Shown here piece after piece: positions 58,252 through 64,000 of a DNA stretch of 64,000 bases; positions within the stretch are counted from its first letter, which is position 1; the number at the start of each line of letters is the position of its first letter. Under the pieces are notes generated by a model. That model saw only the letters and a program-made list of their open reading frames with translations. It searched no databases and had not been told where the DNA came from. The translations under genes and the position numbers were made by a program. Source of the stretch: Candidatus Latescibacterota bacterium (GTDB lineage Bacteria > Latescibacterota > UBA2968); the NCBI GenBank assembly GCA_965198115.1, contig OZ240241.1, positions 4,192,001-4,256,000 on the forward strand. Direction: 5' to 3'.

Positions 58252-59499
58252 CTACGCGAATCGATCGACGCGAGTCAACGACAGATCGAACCCGTGATCC
58301 TCTCCCGTCACAATCCCCGCCGCGATCTTGCCCGTAACGGGTCCAAGAGAGATGCCGATCATCGCGTGGCCGGCCGCGACGGTCAGGTTCGGATGGGCCG
58401 AGGAGCGTCCGAGGAAGGGAAGCCCATCAGGCGTACAGGGCCGAAGACCCCGCCAGATCTCCAGCAATTCCATCTTGTTCGGATCCAGATCGGGCAGGTA
58501 TTTCGGAAACGCGTTCAGAATGGCCTGAACCCGGCGCTGGTTGATCGTGAAATCGAGCCCTGCGAGCTCAAGAGTTCCCGCGAACCGGAGGGTATCCCCC
58601 ATCGGATTGATGCCGACTTTGGCCTCCGTCAACATCATCGGAATGGTCGGCGCGATCTCTGGCATTCGTACCGTCACGCTGTAGCCCTTGGCCGGCTGAA
58701 TCGGCAGGCGAAGATCGAGCGACTGGGCGATTCCGGGCGACCACGAGCCGCCGGCCAAGACGACTTCCTCAGCTTCGATATCGCCTCTCGTGGTTCGAAC
58801 GACACCGATCGCATCTCCCTTGCGCTCGAAACCGAGCACTTCGGTTTGGGTGCGAATCTCCACACCCGTATCCTCGACCCGCCTGGCAAGCGTCGTCACA
58901 AAACGAGCCGGGTTTATATGTCCGTCCTGGGGGTAGAACACACCACCCACGATGTCGAGTCGAACACCAGGATTGAGCGCCTGCACCTCTTCAGCCGTCA
59001 GCACTTCGATCTGGATACCGAACTCGGCGATATGGCGCGCCTCAGCTACCACCTTTTCCCGGGCCTGTTCGGTCCGGTAGACGTGAATGCCGCCGACCTG
59101 CTGCAGTCCGAAATCGAATTCTTTCGCGAGCGCCTCGTACAGGCGGACGCTCTCGAGGCTCAGATCGCGGATCAGCGGCATCGCTGAGGCAACTTGCCGA
59201 GAGTTAGCCGACCGCATGAAGCGCCACAGCCAGGCGATCAGGTCGCGGTTCAGTCGCGGTTTGATGTAAAAGGGACTGTCAGGACTGAACATCCATTTGA
59301 GACCCTGGGAGACCGCCTTCGGTTCGGCGAGCGGCACGCAGTGGCTCGGTACCAACAAGCCTGCGTTCCCGTAGGAGCATCCCGAACACACCTCCCCGCG
59401 TTCGACGACGACGATGCGCTTCGACGTTTCCGAAAGGTAGTGCGCGGTACAGATCCCGATCGCACCAGCCCCCACAATCACGACATCAGCGTGATCCAT
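58252..59499 (-). CDS. dadA: FAD-dependent D-amino acid dehydrogenase
   Basis: GAGAIG, SYGNAG, PAKGYS, W.GLRP.TPDGLP.LG, GH.M.G.SLGP.TG. Confidence 0.88.
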   Translation of the reverse strand: MDHADVVIVGAGAIGICTAHYLSETSKRIVVVERGEVCSGCSYGNAGLLVPSHCVPLAEPKAVSQGLKWMFSPDSPFYIKPRLNRDLIAWLWRFMRSANSRQVASAMPLIRDLSLESVRLYEALAKEFDFGLQQVGGIHVYRTEQAREKVVAEARHIAEFGIQIEVLTAEEVQALNPGVRLDIVGGVFYPQDGHINPARFVTTLARRVEDTGVEIRTQTEVLGFERKGDAIGVVRTTRGDIEAEEVVLAGGSWSPGIAQSLDLRLPIQPAKGYSVTVRMPEIAPTIPMMLTEAKVGINPMGDTLRFAGTLELAGLDFTINQRRVQAILNAFPKYLPDLDPNKMELLEIWRGLRPCTPDGLPFLGRSSAHPNLTVAAGHAMIGISLGPVTGKIAAGIVTGEDHGFDLSLTRVDRFA

Positions 59500-59771
59500 T
59501 TGCGCCCCTCACGACTCGAGGATGTAGGGAAGCAACTCTCGTGTTTCGAAAAACTCGAAATTGGCGACCCCCGGTGGCGTGCACTCTGGGGGAACCCGAT
59601 AAGCGGTCGACCACCCTACTCCGGTCGCGCCGGCGACGTCCTTTTTCAGGTCGTTTCCCACGAAGAGGATTCGGTCTCCGCTACACCCCATCACGTTCTC
59701 GGCGTGCCGGAAAATCATCGGATCCGGCTTTGAGATCCCAAGGTCGCCGGAGTAGGTGCGCGTTTTAAAAA

Positions 59772-60069
59772 GGCTATATCCGGATCTCTCAACGAGATGA
59801 AGTGGGTGAAGGTGCCGTGGTTCCTGGCATGGGGGGCGCGGTTAGAGTGTGCGGAACCTCTTCGGAATCTGCTCAGGGATGTTTATGTCTCCGACGGTAA
59901 GGAAGATCATATCGTTGAATGCGTCGAGTGTGCGGAATCCGCTGGCTCGGTTCTTGACGATTTGGACGATTCGGTTGAGGCCTTCGGCGATGGCGTTGGT
60001 AAGACGCGTGTTCACGAATGCGAGGACGCCGAAGAAGTGCTGTCGCAGGGTCCTGACGAACTTTCGCAG
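59772..60069 (-). mobile_element. Inverted 3' fragment of the same ISL3, including its right IR
   Basis: Reverse complement of ~3395-3692 with one substitution seen; begins GGCTATATCCGGATC. Confidence 0.92.
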
Positions 60070-60365
60070 TCACGTTCTACGACTTCCCGAAGGAACACTG
60101 GAAACACCTGAGAACCACGAACGTCGTCGAGAGCCCCTTTGCTTCCGTTCGGCTTCGCACAAACGCCGCCAGGCGATTCAAGAAAGTCAGGAACGCCACG
60201 ACTCTCATCTGGCGTACGCTCAAGGTCGCAGAGAGCCGATTCAGGAAACTCACCGCGCCACACTTGCTACAACAAGTCTACGATCAGAAACACTCAACCG
60301 GACCGCAGGTCGAAGCCGGGAAGATGGCCGCCTGATTTCTTTTACACACCTATTGACCTGAACTC
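60070..60365 (+). mobile_element. IS256-family 3' fragment (transposase C-terminus plus probable right end)
   Basis: Translates as TFYDFPKEHWKHLRTTNVVESPFASVRLRT...AESRFRKL...KMAA*, followed by TTTACACACCTATTGACCTGAACTC. Confidence 0.78.
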
Positions 60366-60379
60366 TTTCACCGTTGAGA

Positions 60380-61780
60380 AACGGTGAAACTATAGAATGA
60401 CAAGGTCATAGATCGTTCCCTACGCTTGGTTGTGTGTGTAGGACAATCAAAGCGAAGGGGGTGCGACCTATGACCGGGAGCAGATTACTATCGAAACTGC
60501 TGAGATTCAAGGGGTTCCGTGTTGTCAGCTGGTGGTTTGAGGGGAGAAGCTGTTTCGTCATCGCCGTAAAGCCACATAAGAATGGTTGTTGTTGTCCGGA
60601 GTGCGGCCGTCGAGGTAAAATCGTCCGCACAATGCCCCATCCGCGTCGGTGGCGTGACATTCCGGTGTGCGGGTGGAGGGTCTGGCTTCTCTACCATCCT
60701 CGGGAGATTCGGTGTCCTACCCACGGTCGTGTGGTCGAGGAGATTCCGTGGGCGGAGCGGTTCTCTCGGGTGACGTATCGCTTCGAGTATGCCATGCTGC
60801 GCTACTGCCAGACCATGACGCAGAAGGCGGCGTCCGAGTTACTGCGCATCTCTGCCTCGACGCTGTCGGATCTCCTTCACCGATCCATCACGCGGCTTCG
60901 TGAAGGTCATCGTATCCGAGGGCTCAAAACCATCGGGATCGACGAGATCTCCTACGCCAAGCGTCACAGGTACGCCACGCTCGTTTACGATCTGGACCGC
61001 TCCTGCGTGGTGTGGGTTGGCCGCGGCAGGGCGCGTAAAACGATCGATCGGTTCTTCACAGAGGCTCTCAGTCCCTACCAGAGATCCAAGATCGAGTGGG
61101 CCTGCTGCGACATGAGCGAAGCTTACATCGGAGCCATCCAGGAACACTGTCCGAATGCCAAGCTGGTCCTCGATCGCTTTCACATCGTCAAGGCTCTCAA
61201 TGCCGCCGTTGACGAGGTCCGTAAGGACCAGTGGCGTAAAGCTGCCCCGGATGAGCGCAAAGCCATGAAGGGCCTCCGATGGCTCCTCTACCGGCACTCA
61301 GCGACACGCTCCAGAGGGGATACTCGGACACTCAAAGCACTGGAGAAGGCGAACTACCGAATCTATAGAGCCTGGAGACTCAAGGACGAGTTCGAGCAGT
61401 TCTGGGAATACAAAGCGCCCTGGGCTGCCGAACGCTTCCTGAAATGCTGGACGACGTCCGCACTCAGAAGTCGACGTGAACCCCTGCGAAAGTTCGTCAG
61501 GACCCTGCGACAGCACTTCTTCGGCGTCCTCGCATTCGTGAACACGCGTCTTACCAACGCCATCGCCGAAGGCCTCAACCGAATCGTCCAAATCGTCAAG
61601 AACCGAGCCAGCGGATTCCGCACACTCGACGCATTCAACGATATGATCTTCCTTACCGTCGGAGACATAAACATCCCTGAGCAGATTCCGAAGAGGTTCC
61701 GCACACGCTAACCGCGCCCCCATGCCAGGAACCACGGCACCTTCACCCACTTCATCTCGTTGAGAGATCCGGATATAGCC
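60380..61780 (+). mobile_element. Second ISL3 copy lacking the first 19 bp of its left end
   Basis: Near-identical to 2292-3692; the transposases differ by two amino acids (R/L, L/R). Right IR ends at 61780. Confidence 0.95.
60434..61711 (+). CDS. ISL3-family transposase (copy 2)
   Basis: Same protein as 2346-3623 apart from two residues. Confidence 0.95.
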   Translation: MCRTIKAKGVRPMTGSRLLSKLLRFKGFRVVSWWFEGRSCFVIAVKPHKNGCCCPECGRRGKIVRTMPHPRRWRDIPVCGWRVWLLYHPREIRCPTHGRVVEEIPWAERFSRVTYRFEYAMLRYCQTMTQKAASELLRISASTLSDLLHRSITRLREGHRIRGLKTIGIDEISYAKRHRYATLVYDLDRSCVVWVGRGRARKTIDRFFTEALSPYQRSKIEWACCDMSEAYIGAIQEHCPNAKLVLDRFHIVKALNAAVDEVRKDQWRKAAPDERKAMKGLRWLLYRHSATRSRGDTRTLKALEKANYRIYRAWRLKDEFEQFWEYKAPWAAERFLKCWTTSALRSRREPLRKFVRTLRQHFFGVLAFVNTRLTNAIAEGLNRIVQIVKNRASGFRTLDAFNDMIFLTVGDINIPEQIPKRFRTR

Positions 61781-62236
61781 TTAAAAAAAGGCAGCAATCC
61801 AACACCCGAAAACGCGCGGTCCATACAGAATCCGGGCCACGACGTATTGGCGACGACGCCCATCGGCAGTCCGGTACGATGGAGTGCTTCAATCGTCTCG
61901 ATCGTCCCTTCAAAGAGCCAGGAGGCGTAGCGGGGACCCGCATACGAATCGGCCAAGCTAGCCGCAATCTCCGCCCCTACGCCCAGACGTTCGCAGTAAC
62001 CGATCAACAATCTGAAAAAGTTATACGCTGCCCCGAGTTCCTCCGAGCGCGTCGTTTCGAGGCTTGATAAACTCGCGCATACCTCGTCGGCGCCGACATC
62101 GACGCCATACGTGGTCAGACCAGCCGCCACGCGCTCGAACCGCCCACCCCTGACCTCGGCCGGAGACGGATCGGATCCACCCTCTTTACCGTAGAGGGTG
62201 CCGCCCGAGTCGAAGAAAACGACATCGAATCGCACG

Positions 62237-62944
62237 TCAGCCTTCCAAGTGGACCCAAAGGGGAAGGTGGTCACTGAGAGACGTCTTCCCTTCCAGATCG
62301 ATGGCCAGGTCGTCGACGTCCAACGTCTGGTATCCCGTCAGACGATCCAAAACGCTCGATTGAACGAAAATCCGATCGCCGCGTTTCCCGCTCAGATTCG
62401 TGGGGCGCGCCGTCTGTCCGGTGTGTGCCGCCGCGTCTACATACCCCTTGTCTGTGAGGAGCTGGTCGACCGAACCGCCGGGGGGTTCGTTGAAATCGCC
62501 CAACACAAGGTCGGGCCGATGCATCGTTGCTTTGGCGATTTCATCCATCCTCTGGACAGCCGCGCGCGCTTGCCCTAGCTGTCGACTCGATGGAAGATGA
62601 ACATTGCAGACACTGAACCCTCCGCTTTTACCAATCTGCCAGACACGCTGCGTCCCGTCACCGGATTCCGAGGTCCGCAGGATCTCCCCCTCACGCCAAA
62701 GGATTGCACCCCCATACTGGCGCAGAGTCGCACCCTCTGTATAGTGCACGTCGAATCCCAGGGAGCGAGCTGGAAGATCGGCCGATTCCGGACTCTGGAT
62801 CTCCTGGAGACAGGCGATGTCGGGTTCGATTCGCCGGTAGAGACCCATCAGATCCTGCACCACCTCGATGCGTGCGTCCCCCGGCTGATCCGTATCGAAC
62901 GGAACTCCCTGAAACCAGTAGACGTTGTGACTGAGGATCGTCAC
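62237..62944 (-). CDS. Endonuclease/exonuclease/phosphatase family protein
   Basis: ILSHNV, DIACLQE, NVHL, LGDFN, D.IF, SDHLP. Confidence 0.88.
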   Translation of the reverse strand: MTILSHNVYWFQGVPFDTDQPGDARIEVVQDLMGLYRRIEPDIACLQEIQSPESADLPARSLGFDVHYTEGATLRQYGGAILWREGEILRTSESGDGTQRVWQIGKSGGFSVCNVHLPSSRQLGQARAAVQRMDEIAKATMHRPDLVLGDFNEPPGGSVDQLLTDKGYVDAAAHTGQTARPTNLSGKRGDRIFVQSSVLDRLTGYQTLDVDDLAIDLEGKTSLSDHLPLWVHLEG

Positions 62945-63809
62945 CCTACTCCGAAAGCTTCCATCCGCTCCAGGACGCCTTTTGGAATTTCGAAGTTGAT
63001 CGCCTCCTTGAACACGACGGACCAGTCCTGCCTTTTGTAAAAGTCCAAGTAGACCTGCCGATCTTGCGTCTTGAAACCGAGCTCCGTCTTCGCAGTATGC
63101 ATACTGAGGTTGGCGTAGGGTGTATCGTTGCTCAATTGGTAGATCCGGAACCCGGAAGCCTCGCTCTGGACCGCGAGACTAAAGAGTCTTGCGGCGTCCG
63201 TCACCGTCGTGTGACCGCTGACCAGCAGGTGAAGCGGGTTAACGACTTTGTCATTGTCGCTTCCGGGAGCGGTCATATCGTCCCACATCAGGTTGCCGGG
63301 ACGAATCGCGGTCACGGATAGACCCTCTCGGGCGTAGCGCTCGCAGACCTGTTCACACAGCCATTTGTGAAAGAAATAATTCTGGGTTTCCAGTCCGGGA
63401 AACAGCCCGTAGCCTTCGTAAATCGGGAAGAAGCCATCCCAGAAATCGCTGTCGAAGAAGCTCGGACCGAACATCGGATGATTGTCGTAGACCGGATCGG
63501 ATAGGAGATTCCGCCCGAGGACGTGTAGGCCACGCGGCCAACGCCAGTCTTTTCAGCCCCTTCGAGGATGTTCCGGATCCCGTCGATCGATACTTCCAGG
63601 TTCCCCACCACGAAAGTGATGATGGCGTCGTGTCCTTCGCAGGCTCGCGCAACCCCATCCGCGTCCAGAACGTTTCCGGCAATCAGACGACACGAAAACT
63701 CGGGTGTCGTCTCTTTCAGTTCGAAGACAGAAAGATCGTGCTCTGCGGACAGTTTCTCGGTGATTCTGACGCTGTAGCGACCCAGTCCACCAAACACGAG
63801 CACCTTCAT
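62941..63809 (-). CDS. NAD-dependent epimerase/dehydratase, frameshifted near 63490
   Basis: VLVFGGLGRY, NILEGA...GVGRV.YTSS, then YFFHK (YxxxK), IRPG, ELGF in the next frame. Confidence 0.75.
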
Positions 63810-63907
63810 GGCATCCTCCAAGGCGTTCATCGCAGCAGAGTTTTCAAAAGGTACAGCGGACCCTCCCCATCTCCTACGAAGGTCGCAGGCGTAGGAAGGT
63901 CAAAACG

Positions 63908-63950
63908 AAAAAAGGACCGCCCGAGCGGCCACAACCACTCGGGCGATTCC
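63908..63950 (-). terminator. Intrinsic terminator of an upstream gene outside the window
   Basis: CGCCCGAG...CTCGGGCG stem with an adjacent T-tract on the minus strand. Confidence 0.55.
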
Positions 63951-64000
63951 TATCACCTGTTATCTGACGACTGATGTCTGAAACTGCTTTTCAGTCCGCG

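Larger units (their letters stand above)
59509..62235 (-). pseudogene. HAD-family hydrolase split by a 2-kb IS composite (59772-61780)
   Basis: N-terminal FDSGGTLY and VANT. Removing the insert and one TTAAAAA copy restores the in-frame LLPFFKTRTYSGDLGISKPDPMIF...FVGNDLKKDVAGA...GW. Confidence 0.88.

Noticed and set aside
2273-61780. The two ISL3 copies as ends of a 59-kb composite transposon
   Set aside because: Each insertion has its own target duplication and interrupts a separately reconstructable gene.
1-64000. CRISPR array, tRNA, rRNA, prophage or defence system
   Set aside because: I found no regularly spaced repeat-spacer units, RNA gene signatures or phage/defence domains by eye. 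Infernal and tRNAscan were not run.

Overview
This is a GC-rich bacterial window with almost all genes on the minus strand. The host is probably a diderm heterotroph; the sulfatase, CocE and DUF6785-like gene content hints at a Latescibacterota-like lineage, but that is inference only. The left half (1-30.1 kb) is a respiratory island. It carries a Tat-exported Nitrospira/anammox-type NXR/NAR molybdoenzyme operon (cytochrome c/heme-b gamma subunit, alpha, small unknown protein, beta, TorD-like chaperone, mobB), a FixL-like heme-PAS kinase paired with a sigma54 activator, two NnrS-type proteins and Ahb heme biosynthesis genes. It also carries an unusual operon: porin, heme lipoprotein, membrane protein, FMN-binding protein, cytochrome c lipoprotein and ApbE. 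The cytochrome c gene is missing from the ORF track because an ISL3 element splits it. Six sigma54 -24/-12 promoters and a recurring TGTGAC-N6-GTCCCA motif link the island into one putative regulon. The right half (30.2-64 kb) is a long run of amide, cyclic-amide and amino-acid catabolic enzymes. Its intergenic regions hold heptamer and REP-like repeats, and it includes a HAD gene interrupted by a head-to-head ISL3/IS256 composite. Many genes contain small frameshifts, which could be sequencing indels or real decay. I saw no rRNA, tRNA or CRISPR array.
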